From an uncultured virus (IMG/VR IMGVR_UViG_3300032323_002498) (taxonomy: Duplodnaviria; Heunggongvirae; Uroviricota; Caudoviricetes): a stretch of DNA of 64,000 bases. This document shows positions 18,056-26,941 of this stretch, piece by piece. Where the stretch lies: IMG/VR virus record IMGVR_UViG_3300032323_002498; one strand, given 5' to 3'. The notes under the pieces are model-generated. The model did not search any database. It was not told the origin of the DNA and worked only from the letters and a program-made list of their open reading frames with translations. A program made the position numbers and the translations under genes. Position 1 is the stretch's first letter; every line of letters starts with the position of its first letter.

Positions 18056-18994
18056 ATGAGTGATGACTTGCAATTTAAGATCGGTGAGGACGAAAGCCCT
18101 GCCACCGTCGCCATTGGTGAGGACGGCGCTGCTGAAGTGCTGGACAAACCCGAGGCACCCATTGTCGAGACGCAGCAGCAGACAGCCCAGGCTCCTGCTG
18201 CCGGCACTGAGATTGACCAGTACAGCGAGAGCGTCAAAAAACGCATTGACAAGCTGACCGCACGCCTGCGCGAAACCCAGCGCCGTGAGCAGGCAGCCTT
18301 GGAATATGCCAAGAGCGTGCAGGCCCGTGCTCAGCAGCTCGAGCAGCAGTACATGACCGCTGACACCGAGCGCCTGGGCGAGGCCAACGGCCGCGTGCAG
18401 ACGCAGGTAGTGGCGCTCAAGCAGATCATCCGCAAGGCCCGTGAAGAGGGCGACATTGACACCGAGACAGAAGCGCAGCAGCGCCTCACAGCTCTGACCC
18501 TGGAGCAAAGTCAGCTCGCCGTCGCCACCCAGGAGCGCGAGCGTCGGCAGCAGGAGTGGGACTACCAGCAGCAAGTTGCTGCCCAGCAGGCCACCCAGCA
18601 GCCCCAGGCTCCAGCGCAGCAACAAGTCGATCCTCGCGTCGAGGAATGGGCTGAGCGCAACCCCTGGTATGGCCGCGACACTGCCATGACCCACGCTGCG
18701 TGGGGCATTCATCGCCAGTTGATCCAAGTTGAGGGGTTTGACGGAAGCAGCGATGAGTATTATGATGAACTCGACAACCGCTTGAAGCAGGCCTTCCCCC
18801 AAAAATTGGGCGTAGTCCAAGAGCAAGCGCCAACTAACAGAGCCGCCAGGAACGTGCAAACGGTGGCACCTGCATCCCGATCATCGGGTATTAACAACGC
18901 ACGCCGCACTGTCAAATTGACACCAAGTCAAGTTGCAATTGCCAAAAAGCTGGGTGTTCCTCTCGAGGAATATGCCAAGTACGTAAAGGAGTGA
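18056..18994 (+). CDS. capsid scaffolding protein
   Basis: Acidic N-terminus, Gln-rich coiled coil, W...NPW, C-terminal LTPSQVAIAKKLGV..EEYAK. Confidence 0.75.
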   Translation: MSDDLQFKIGEDESPATVAIGEDGAAEVLDKPEAPIVETQQQTAQAPAAGTEIDQYSESVKKRIDKLTARLRETQRREQAALEYAKSVQARAQQLEQQYMTADTERLGEANGRVQTQVVALKQIIRKAREEGDIDTETEAQQRLTALTLEQSQLAVATQERERRQQEWDYQQQVAAQQATQQPQAPAQQQVDPRVEEWAERNPWYGRDTAMTHAAWGIHRQLIQVEGFDGSSDEYYDELDNRLKQAFPQKLGVVQEQAPTNRAARNVQTVAPASRSSGINNARRTVKLTPSQVAIAKKLGVPLEEYAKYVKE

Positions 18995-18998
18995 AACC

Positions 18999-19478
18999 AT
19001 GTCAGACGTTAAAGTACCCGTACTCAATCGCAATTCTCGCGGCACCGAATCCCGTGAGAAAGATGCGCGACGCAAGCCTTGGGCTCCCCCTTCACGACTG
19101 GATGCGCCTCCCCCACCCATGGGATACAAGCACCGTTGGATTCGGGCTGAAGCCGGTGGTATGGACGACCGCACGAACATCTCTGGAAAGCTCCGCGAGG
19201 GGTATGAGCTGGTTCGTGGGGACGAGTACCCCGACTATCATGTGCCAACAGTGGAAGACGGCCGACATGCTGGCGTGATCAGCGTGGGAGGTCTGCTCCT
19301 TGCTCGCGTTCCTGTGGAGACAGTTGAAGAGCGCAATGCGTATTACCGTAATCGAGCGAACGACCAATTGCAAGCTGCCGACAATGAGCTGATGAAAGCG
19401 AATGCCCACAATAGCATGACCATTCAGCGGCCCACTCGACAGTCTCGCGTTTCCTTCGGTGGCTCTAACAAGAGCTGA
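18999..19478 (+). CDS. conserved head-module protein
   Basis: W.PPS.L.AP.P..G..HRWIR pattern; lies between scaffold and capsid genes. Confidence 0.7.
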   Translation: MSDVKVPVLNRNSRGTESREKDARRKPWAPPSRLDAPPPPMGYKHRWIRAEAGGMDDRTNISGKLREGYELVRGDEYPDYHVPTVEDGRHAGVISVGGLLLARVPVETVEERNAYYRNRANDQLQAADNELMKANAHNSMTIQRPTRQSRVSFGGSNKS

Positions 19479-19508
19479 CGAATCCATCTTTTTTCAAAGG
19501 AATGACAA

Positions 19509-20090
19509 ATGGCTAACGTTGACAAAGCCTTTGGTCTGCGTCCTCTCGGCAATCTCTCCGCCACTGGTGCCCAAGCTCAGTACGGCTACGAAATTGCAGA
19601 CAACCAGTCCGGAGCAATTTTCCAAGGCGACCTCGTCACCATCTTCGATGGCTACCTGGTCAAATTCGCACCTGCCACCCATACAGCCGCCGTCGGCGTC
19701 TTCAATGGTTGCCAGTACATCGATCCCACCACAGGCAAACCCACCTGGAAGAACTACTATCCTGGTTCGGTCAACATCACTGCTGGCAAGATTGTTGCCG
19801 ACGTGCTGGACGATCCATCTCAGCTGTTCTTGATCCAGGTTGATGAGTCTGTTGCTCAGACCCAAATCGGCATGAACGCCGACGTTGTGGGCACTGGCGG
19901 CAGCACCACCACCGGTGTTTCCTCTATGGAACTGGACTCGTCCACCATTGCAAAAGCTGCTGCGTTGAACCTGAAGATCGTAGGCCTGTGGGATGTCCCA
20001 GGCAACGAGTTCGGCACCAATGCCGTGGTGGTGGTGAAAATCAATGAACACCTGTACGGCAGTGCTGGTGTTGCAGGTCAAGGAGCTTAA
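19509..20090 (+). CDS. minor capsid/decoration protein
   Basis: MAN.D..FGLRP, IFQGD.V, GVFNGC.Y.DP; immediately upstream of the MCP. Confidence 0.7.
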   Translation: MANVDKAFGLRPLGNLSATGAQAQYGYEIADNQSGAIFQGDLVTIFDGYLVKFAPATHTAAVGVFNGCQYIDPTTGKPTWKNYYPGSVNITAGKIVADVLDDPSQLFLIQVDESVAQTQIGMNADVVGTGGSTTTGVSSMELDSSTIAKAAALNLKIVGLWDVPGNEFGTNAVVVVKINEHLYGSAGVAGQGA

Positions 20091-20092
20091 TC

Positions 20093-21001
20093 ATGGCAAT
20101 TTCTCGCGCACAACTGGTCAAGGAACTTGAGCCTGGCCTCAATGCCCTGTTCGGTCTCGAGTACAAAAACTACGAGAACCAACACACCCAAATCTACTCC
20201 ATCGAATCTTCGGACCGCGCGTTTGAAGAGGAAGTGATGGAATCGGGCTTCGGCGAAGCTCCTGTGAAGACTGAAGGCGCTGGCGTTGCATACGACCAGG
20301 CGCAAGAAGTCTACACTGCTCGCTACACCCACGAGACCATCGCCCTGGCGTTCTCGCTGACCGAAGAAGCCGTTGAGGACAACCTCTACGACCGTCTGTC
20401 GGCCCGCTACACCAAGGCTCTGGCCCGCTCGATGGCTCAAACCAAGCAGATCAAGGCTGCAGCTGTGCTGAACGGCGCTTTCACCACCTCTATCGGTGGC
20501 GACGGCGTTGCTCTGTGCTCGCTGAATCACCCTACTCTGGGCGGTCCAAACCTCGCCAACACTTTGGCCACACCTGCTGACTTGTCCGAGACCTCCTTGG
20601 AACAGTCTCTGATCGACATCCAGGCGTTCACCGATGAACGCGGTTTGAAGATCGCTGTGCAGGGTCTGAAGCTGATCATCCCCAAAGAGCTGCAGTTCAC
20701 CGCTGACCGTATCATGAAGTCCACGCTGCGCGTCGGTACTGCTGATAACGACATCAACGCTCTGCGCAACATGGGCATGGTGCCTCAGGGCTACACCATC
20801 AACAACTTCCTGACCGATCCCGATGCGTACTTCATCAAGACAGACGCACCCAACGGCATGAAGATGTTTGAGCGTGTGTCCATGAAGACTGGTTTCGAAG
20901 GCGACTTCGACACCGGTAACGTCCGCTACAAGGCCCGTGAACGCTACAGCTTCGGCTTCAGCGACCCACGCGGCATGTTCGGTTCGCCAGGCGCAGCCTA
21001 A
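20093..21001 (+). CDS. major capsid protein (Mu gpT-like family)
   Basis: MAISRAQLVKELEPGLNALFGLEY...YKARERYSFG.SDPR; strong codon bias; followed by a terminator. Confidence 0.93.
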   Translation: MAISRAQLVKELEPGLNALFGLEYKNYENQHTQIYSIESSDRAFEEEVMESGFGEAPVKTEGAGVAYDQAQEVYTARYTHETIALAFSLTEEAVEDNLYDRLSARYTKALARSMAQTKQIKAAAVLNGAFTTSIGGDGVALCSLNHPTLGGPNLANTLATPADLSETSLEQSLIDIQAFTDERGLKIAVQGLKLIIPKELQFTADRIMKSTLRVGTADNDINALRNMGMVPQGYTINNFLTDPDAYFIKTDAPNGMKMFERVSMKTGFEGDFDTGNVRYKARERYSFGFSDPRGMFGSPGAA

Positions 21002-21027
21002 GCGAAAAGAGCCGGGAGTTCCCGCGC

Positions 21028-21060
21028 AAGAAAAAGGGGCTTCGGCCCCTTTTTCTTTTT
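21028..21060 (+). terminator. strong, probably bidirectional intrinsic terminator
   Basis: AAGAAAAAGGGGC-TTCG-GCCCCTTTTTCTT. Confidence 0.92.
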
Positions 21061-21084
21061 GTCGATATGGGGTATATTGTGCCC

Positions 21085-21162
21085 ATCCCGGATTTATTCG
21101 GTGTATCTGACAGCCCCGGGGCTGACGTCATGCAGACAGATACACCTCAACCGCATGAGGAA
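21085..21162 (+). ncRNA. structured RNA with two potential pseudoknots (Mu-gpT-DE-like position)
   Basis: 10-bp stem 21100-21109/21137-21146; inner CAGC/GCTG stem; CCCGG/CCGGG and TCATGC/GCATGA long-range pairings. Confidence 0.65.
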
Positions 21163-21168
21163 TCAACC

Positions 21169-21501
21169 ATGGCTTTGACCACCTTCTCCGGCCCAGTACG
21201 ATCGTTGAACGGCTTTATCGCTGGCGACGGCAGCACCATCACCAAAGTGCGCTCTGGCTCCGCTTCCTTGAATTTTGGCTCGATTAGCGCTGTTTCTCAG
21301 GCTGATTTGACTATCACCGTCACTGGCGCTGCCGTTGGCGACGAAGTCATCATGGCGCTGCCTGCTGCCCCCGCTGCCGGTATTGTTTTTAACGCATTTG
21401 TCTCGGCTGCAAATACCGTGACTATTCGCGCGTCTAACATCACCGCGTCGCCCGTGGACCCAGCTGCTGCAACCTATGGCGTGATTGTCATTGCTGCCTA
21501 A
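21169..21501 (+). CDS. virion structural/decoration protein
   Basis: MALTTFSGPVRS.NGF start; beta-rich. Confidence 0.7.
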   Translation: MALTTFSGPVRSLNGFIAGDGSTITKVRSGSASLNFGSISAVSQADLTITVTGAAVGDEVIMALPAAPAAGIVFNAFVSAANTVTIRASNITASPVDPAAATYGVIVIAA

Positions 21502-21514
21502 CCAGGAGCCTTAA

Positions 21515-21814
21515 ATGAGCGCCAGCAATATCCAGTCGGTACAAAAGACGGAGACCGCAGTTGCCGTCTCTGGCCGCACGCGTCTGCTGGGGGTTTACTT
21601 CACAAACACCGCCACCGCTTCTTCTGTTGTCCTCAAAGACGGCGGAGCCAGCGGCACAGCTCGTTTGTCGCTGCAGACCCCTGCTTCCGCAGGCTCACAG
21701 GACCTGATGATCCCTGACCAGGGCATCTTGTTCACGAATGGCATTCACATTACCTTTGGTTCAGCCAATGTGACAAGCGTCACGCTGCTGTTCGAAGGCG
21801 GAGCGGCTGCTTAA
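21515..21814 (+). CDS. small beta-rich structural protein
   Basis: AGGAG RBS; GRTRL.G...IP..GILF..GI pattern. Confidence 0.7.
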   Translation: MSASNIQSVQKTETAVAVSGRTRLLGVYFTNTATASSVVLKDGGASGTARLSLQTPASAGSQDLMIPDQGILFTNGIHITFGSANVTSVTLLFEGGAAA

Positions 21815-22098
21815 TGGCTTCCAAAGGCATGGGCATCAAAACCTCGGTGAAGAGCGGGAACTTCCGCGCCACCAAGGAAGGCGCAGGCATGACCAAAAAA
21901 GGCGTTGCGGCTTACCGCAAGGCCAACCCTGGAAGCAAACTGAAGACGGCGGTGACTACAAAGACACCGTCGGCTGCAGAGGCAAAGCGCCGAGCATCGT
22001 ACTGTGCGCGGTCCGAGGGCCAGATGAAGGATTTCCCTGAAGCTGCCAAAGACCCAAACAGCAGGCTCCGCCAAGCGCGAAAGCGTTGGAGGTGCTGA
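21814..22098 (+). CDS. small basic protein (DUF6321-like)
   Basis: GMTKKGVAAY...PGSKLK..V...RR.SYCAR..G...DPNSR...A..RW.C. Confidence 0.7.
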   Translation: MASKGMGIKTSVKSGNFRATKEGAGMTKKGVAAYRKANPGSKLKTAVTTKTPSAAEAKRRASYCARSEGQMKDFPEAAKDPNSRLRQARKRWRC

Positions 22099-22101
22099 AT
22101 C

Positions 22102-22353
22102 GTGGAGATGATGGTATGGAACGTCGTTTTGACAGCGATCGTGGGACTCATGGGATTTTTGCTTAAAAGCAAGTTCGATGAGTTGTCCCGAATCAGCATT
22201 TTGCTGAACCGGACCCGCGAAGAAGTTGCCAGGGACCACGTCACCCGTAGGGAAGTGGACGATCGGATTGAAAAACTGGTCAACCACATGGATCAGAGGT
22301 TTAATCGACTCGAGCAAAAACTCGATGACATCCAAAAAGGACGGACGATATGA
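22102..22353 (+). CDS. membrane-anchored coiled-coil protein
   Basis: N-terminal hydrophobic helix followed by heptads. Confidence 0.65.
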   Translation: MEMMVWNVVLTAIVGLMGFLLKSKFDELSRISILLNRTREEVARDHVTRREVDDRIEKLVNHMDQRFNRLEQKLDDIQKGRTI

Positions 22354-22532
22354 AAACACCGATGAAAATGGTCAAAAAAGGAGGCAAATCAGTGCCTGCT
22401 TTTGCGGCCGACGGCGTTGGCAAGATGAAAAAAGGTGGCATGGCCATGAAGTCCGCTTCGGACAAGATGGGCCGTGCTGTTTCTCGTAAAACGGCCGACG
22501 TCAAGGGCCGTGCAATGAAAAAAGGAGCATGA
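22350..22532 (+). CDS. small Lys/Met/Gly-rich protein
   Basis: VPAFAADG.GKMKKGG; RBS and coupling to neighbours. Confidence 0.65.
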   Translation: MKTPMKMVKKGGKSVPAFAADGVGKMKKGGMAMKSASDKMGRAVSRKTADVKGRAMKKGA

Positions 22533-22534
22533 TC

Positions 22535-22774
22535 ATGGCTGGAAGAGGAATGGGTTGCGCCACTCGTGGCGGCGGTGCTGTTGAAAGCGGCCCCAAAAAT
22601 CGCGTCATGTCTGAGCCAAGCAAAAAGTCTGGCCCTGTGATGATGAAAAAGGGCGGCATGGCCAACAAAGGCGGCATGAATGAGCACAAGCGCATGGCCA
22701 TGGGCAAGCCCATTGGCAAGATGGGCGGTGGCATGATGACCAAGGGCTACAAAAAGGGCGGAGCAGTCTGCTAA
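22535..22774 (+). CDS. small Lys/Met/Gly-rich protein
   Basis: GRGMG.ATRGGG and repeated KKGG. Confidence 0.65.
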   Translation: MAGRGMGCATRGGGAVESGPKNRVMSEPSKKSGPVMMKKGGMANKGGMNEHKRMAMGKPIGKMGGGMMTKGYKKGGAVC

Positions 22775-23440
22775 ATGGCCACCTCAGGCACTACCTCATT
22801 CAACCTGTCGATTGACGACCTGGTTGAGGAAGCGTTTGAGCGCTGCGGCATGCGGCCGACCAGTGGGTTTCAACTCACCTCGGCTCGCCGCTCGCTCAAC
22901 CTGCTATTCCTTGACTGGGCCAATCGTGGTTTGAATCTGTGGACGATTGAGCAAGCCACTTTCCCGTTGACCGCTGGCGTCAACGAAATTGCGCTGGATG
23001 CTTCCGTTGTCAACGTGCTTGAGGCGGTCATTCGCCAAAACAACCAAGGTACCAACACGGACGTGTACATTGAGCGTATCAGCCGCGAAGACTGGCTCAA
23101 TGTTCCTGACAAGACTACACAGGCTCGCCCTGCGCAGTTCTATGTTGAGCGCACGAACATTCCGAAAGTGTACTTCTATCCCGCGCCGGCTGCGGGATAT
23201 ACGTTCGTGTACTACCGCATTCGTCGAATCCAGGACGCAGGCAACTACACCAACACAGCGGACGTGAATTTTCGCTTCTTGCCCTGCTTGGCATCTGGCC
23301 TTGCGTACTATCTTTCCCTCAAGTTTGCTGCTGACCGCTCTGCTGCGCTCAAGGCAATTTATGAGGAGGACTTCCAGCGCGCTGCTCTGGAGGATCGCGA
23401 CACTGCAAGCGTGCAGTTTGTACCGGACTTAGGAGTGTGA
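22775..23440 (+). CDS. head-tail adaptor / tail tubular protein A-like
   Basis: EEAFERCG...ARRSLNL...W.NRG.NLW...RF.PCL..GLAYY. Confidence 0.7.
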   Translation: MATSGTTSFNLSIDDLVEEAFERCGMRPTSGFQLTSARRSLNLLFLDWANRGLNLWTIEQATFPLTAGVNEIALDASVVNVLEAVIRQNNQGTNTDVYIERISREDWLNVPDKTTQARPAQFYVERTNIPKVYFYPAPAAGYTFVYYRIRRIQDAGNYTNTADVNFRFLPCLASGLAYYLSLKFAADRSAALKAIYEEDFQRAALEDRDTASVQFVPDLGV

Positions 23441-23441
23441 T

Positions 23442-23792
23442 ATGGCCTTCGCGACAGGCATGCACTCATATGGTCTGTGCGACTACTGTGGCCAGCGCTA
23501 CCGGTACAACACGTTGCGCAAGAATTGGCGCGGCTTTATGGTGTGTCCGGACGACTATGAGCCGAAAGAGCCGCAACTCGAGCCCCTACGTTACAGGGGC
23601 GATGCCATCGCATTGCGTGACCCGCGTCCCGATCGTATCGAGCCACTATCTGTTTTTATTGGGGCTCCCGGCTTTACCGCCTTTCAAAGTTACGGCAGTG
23701 TGCGAGGTGGCACCAACATGCAGCCGTATATACAGGACCAGGCGCTCATTGCGCAGGGTGTTGTCGGATCAGTGACTGTGAGCATCACATGA
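23442..23792 (+). CDS. zinc-finger-like tail-module protein
   Basis: CDYCG...W.G..VC...E.K.PQL...AL..PRPD. Confidence 0.65.
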   Translation: MAFATGMHSYGLCDYCGQRYRYNTLRKNWRGFMVCPDDYEPKEPQLEPLRYRGDAIALRDPRPDRIEPLSVFIGAPGFTAFQSYGSVRGGTNMQPYIQDQALIAQGVVGSVTVSIT

Positions 23793-24448
23793 ACTACAAC
23801 GAACTCGTCACCAACATTCGAAACTACACCGAGGTGGGTAGCAATGTCTTCACCGAACCGGTGATCAACACTTTCATCACGATGGCGGAGAACCAAATTC
23901 TCCGCGAGATTGACCTGGACGTGTTTAAGCTGGAGGTCACGGGCAACATGACTCAGGGCAACAAGTTCCTGGCAGCCCCCTCTAATCTCCTCACGCATCG
24001 TTACATGATTTTGACGCCTGCCAATGGCGATCAAATTTTCCTGGACTTTCGGGACACGTCCTTCATGAAGGAGTACTGGTCGAATGGGGCCACGCAGGGT
24101 ACGCCCAAGTACTATTCAGTGTGGGACCAAAACACCTTCTATGTCGCTCCCACGCCGAATCAAAACTACAGTGTGGAACTGGGGTACATCTACCGTCCCA
24201 CCCAACTGTCGTCTACGAACCCGACCACTTGGGTCAGCACCAACGCACCTGAGGCCCTGCTGTATGCATGCCTGATTCAGGCCTACAGCTACACGAAAGG
24301 CCCTGCAGAAATGATGCAGTATTTCCGTGCAGCCTACAAAGAGGCTATACAGGGCTTGGGCACTGAGCAGCAGGGTCGTCGTCGACGCGACGAGTACCGA
24401 GATGGTATGCTTCGTATTCCACTTAAATCGGAGTCACCAGGACCATGA
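23789..24448 (+). CDS. head-tail connector protein
   Basis: Y.EL...I..Y.E, FI..AE..I.R, G.PKYY, PTP...Y..ELGY, APE.LLY.CL. Confidence 0.7.
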   Translation: MNYNELVTNIRNYTEVGSNVFTEPVINTFITMAENQILREIDLDVFKLEVTGNMTQGNKFLAAPSNLLTHRYMILTPANGDQIFLDFRDTSFMKEYWSNGATQGTPKYYSVWDQNTFYVAPTPNQNYSVELGYIYRPTQLSSTNPTTWVSTNAPEALLYACLIQAYSYTKGPAEMMQYFRAAYKEAIQGLGTEQQGRRRRDEYRDGMLRIPLKSESPGP

Positions 24449-24732
24449 TCACACCTTCTGTTCAAGCCTCTATGGGCAGCGTTTTTGTCGAAACAACGCA
24501 AGGTCGCGGATGGACGCCAGAGGAGCTTGCCGTTCGCGCCGCCGACAAAATTATCTACGTTGGCGACCAGTCGCACCCGGCCATCCAGGCGCAGGCCAGG
24601 GCATTTAAAGAAAACGTCAAACATGTGGTGGCGTTTTACTTGAAAGAGGCAGTTGAGCAGGATAGAGCGACAATTGCAACCAGGCTTACTCAGGCCGGGC
24701 ACCCCAACTTGGTTCATTTACTAGGAGATTAA
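24445..24732 (+). CDS. hypothetical protein
   Basis: ATGA-coupled within the tail operon. Confidence 0.65.
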   Translation: MITPSVQASMGSVFVETTQGRGWTPEELAVRAADKIIYVGDQSHPAIQAQARAFKENVKHVVAFYLKEAVEQDRATIATRLTQAGHPNLVHLLGD

Positions 24733-24733
24733 A

Positions 24734-25171
24734 ATGCCATTTGCAGGTAACTTCATGTGCACCAGCTTCAAAGTACAGCTGATGCAGGCAGTGCACAACT
24801 TTACGGCCAGTACTGGCAACACGTTTAAGTTGGCCATGTACAACAACACCCCGTCCTTTACGGCGGCGACCACTGCATACACCAACGCCAACGAAGTACC
24901 TGATTCAGGCACATACGTGGCGGGCGGTGGTGTGCTGACCAACATCACGCCTACGTCTTCGGGAACAACCGCATTCACGGACTTTGCAGACCTGTCGTTC
25001 ACCAGCGCGACAATCACTGCATTTGGCGCACTGATTTACAACGACACGGCAGCGGGCGACCCCACTGTGTGCGTACTGGATTTTGGTGGCGCAAAAACGT
25101 CCACTGGTGGTACTTTCACCATTATCTTCCCCACTGCTGACGCTTCGAATGCAATTATCCGAATTGCTTGA
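24734..25171 (+). CDS. tail structural protein
   Basis: CTSFK..L....H.F, GTY.AGG..L, GALIYN...VLDFG..K. Confidence 0.7.
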   Translation: MPFAGNFMCTSFKVQLMQAVHNFTASTGNTFKLAMYNNTPSFTAATTAYTNANEVPDSGTYVAGGGVLTNITPTSSGTTAFTDFADLSFTSATITAFGALIYNDTAAGDPTVCVLDFGGAKTSTGGTFTIIFPTADASNAIIRIA

Positions 25172-25180
25172 AAGGCATGA

Positions 25181-26905
25181 GTGTCCGATGTCGTTGTCGC
25201 CTTTGATGGTTGGAATGCCTCCGGTGTAAGCTGGGGTGACCAGCCTTGGGGGCAAGGCGCTCTCGACATTGCCGCAACGGGGGAAGTAGGCGGCGTAGCG
25301 CCGGACAATGATGTCTTCGTCACGGGCGTACAGGCCCAGGCTTTTGTCGGCCAAGTTGACGTACAAGGTAATACGGTCTTCTCGGTCGAAGGGGTATCCG
25401 CGACTGCGGAGGTCGGCCAGGTTGAAGTGGCAGCCAACGCTAATGCCCCCGTCACGGGGGTAGCCGCAGTTGGAGCTGTCGGATCGGTCGTGGTGCGGAC
25501 CGACGTTGTTTTCTCGGTCACGGGAGTATCCGGAACTGGAGCTGTCGGCCAAGTCATAATACGCAGCTCCTACCCCGTCACGGGGGTATCCGCAGTTGGA
25601 GCTGTCGGGTCGGTTCAGACAGTAGGCACCGCCTCTTTCCTTGTCACGGGGGTATCCGCAGTTGGAGCTGTCGGGCCTGCTGTGGTGCGGACCGACGTTG
25701 TCTTCTCTGTCGAAGGGGTATCCGCGACTGCGGAGGTCGGCCAGGTTGTAATTGATAGCGGATATTCAGTCACTGGGGTATCCGCGACTGCTGACGTTGG
25801 CCAAGTCGCAGTAACAAACACCGTTGATGCGGCCGTTGCTTTTGATGGCTGGAACGCCTCTGGTGTGAGCTGGGGCGATCAGCCCTGGGGCCAGGGCGTA
25901 CTTAACATTGCCGCGACGGGGGAAGTGGGAGTTGCGCAAGTTCCCGACGGCAGTGTCGCTCTTACGGGCGTTCAAGCAGAGGCTGCACTTGGCCAAGTCG
26001 TAGTTGAAACCACTGCCGATGTCTTACTCACTGGGGTATCTGGTACCGGTCAGGTTGGTCAGGTTGTAATTGAAACCGGGTACTTGGTCACTGGGGTATC
26101 TGGCACCGCAGAGGTTGGCCAGGTTGTAGTCGACGTCAGTGAATCGGTCTTTCTTACCGGCGTGTTCGGCACTGGCCAGGTTGGCCAAGTTGTAGTCGAC
26201 GTCAGTGAGGATGTATTTCCCACTGGGGTGTTCGGCATCGGCCAAGTTGGTCAAGTTGCAGTCGAGGGTTCTGCGGCCGTGCTTCCTACTGGGGTGTTCG
26301 GCACCGGTCAGGTTGGTCAAATTGACATCCTCGACAACGCAACTGTTTTTCTCACGGGCATGTCCAGCACTGCAGCGGTGGGTCAAGTTGCGGTGCAGGG
26401 CACCGCCGCTGTTTCTCTCACGGGCGTGTCCAGCACTGCAGAAGTGGGCCAAGTTGCAGTTGACGTCAGTGAGGTTGTTTCCCTTACGGGCGTGTCCGCC
26501 ACTGCAGCGGTGGGTCAAGTTGCGGTGCAGGGCACCTCCGCTGTCTCTCTTACAGGGGTATCTGGGGTCACGGCAGTAGGCCAGGTTGTAATTGAAAGCG
26601 GTTACGCAGTCACGGGTGTGTCTGGAACTGCAGAGGTGGGCCAGGTTGTAGTGGTGAGCGGCGTCGGGGTGCTTGTCACGGGGGTGCAGGCAACAGGGCG
26701 GATCACAGGGGTCCTTGTCTGGGGTACTGTCGACGATAATAGCAACGTCAATTGGGTGGCTGTGGACGACCAAAACGCCGTCAATTGGGTGACTGTAGAC
26801 GACCAAAACGCCGTCAATTGGGTGACTGTGGATGACCAGAGTAGTGTGAACTGGTCGGCCGTGGATGATCAAAACAGCGTGACTTGGGACACTGTCGTCA
26901 CTTAA
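25181..26905 (+). CDS. Val/Gly/Thr-rich repetitive tail fibre-like protein
   Basis: More than 20 copies of VTGVS(A/G)TxxVGQV; duplicated WNASGVSWGDQPWG; C-terminal 11-aa VNWVTVDDQNA repeats. Confidence 0.7.
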   Translation: MSDVVVAFDGWNASGVSWGDQPWGQGALDIAATGEVGGVAPDNDVFVTGVQAQAFVGQVDVQGNTVFSVEGVSATAEVGQVEVAANANAPVTGVAAVGAVGSVVVRTDVVFSVTGVSGTGAVGQVIIRSSYPVTGVSAVGAVGSVQTVGTASFLVTGVSAVGAVGPAVVRTDVVFSVEGVSATAEVGQVVIDSGYSVTGVSATADVGQVAVTNTVDAAVAFDGWNASGVSWGDQPWGQGVLNIAATGEVGVAQVPDGSVALTGVQAEAALGQVVVETTADVLLTGVSGTGQVGQVVIETGYLVTGVSGTAEVGQVVVDVSESVFLTGVFGTGQVGQVVVDVSEDVFPTGVFGIGQVGQVAVEGSAAVLPTGVFGTGQVGQIDILDNATVFLTGMSSTAAVGQVAVQGTAAVSLTGVSSTAEVGQVAVDVSEVVSLTGVSATAAVGQVAVQGTSAVSLTGVSGVTAVGQVVIESGYAVTGVSGTAEVGQVVVVSGVGVLVTGVQATGRITGVLVWGTVDDNSNVNWVAVDDQNAVNWVTVDDQNAVNWVTVDDQSSVNWSAVDDQNSVTWDTVVT

Positions 26906-26941
26906 AATGGAAAAGACAAAACTTTTGCAAAAGGTAGCGGT

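Noticed and set aside
26747..26890. 33-bp periodic repeats as a possible mini-CRISPR
   Set aside because: Degenerate at third codon positions; they encode 11-aa protein repeats
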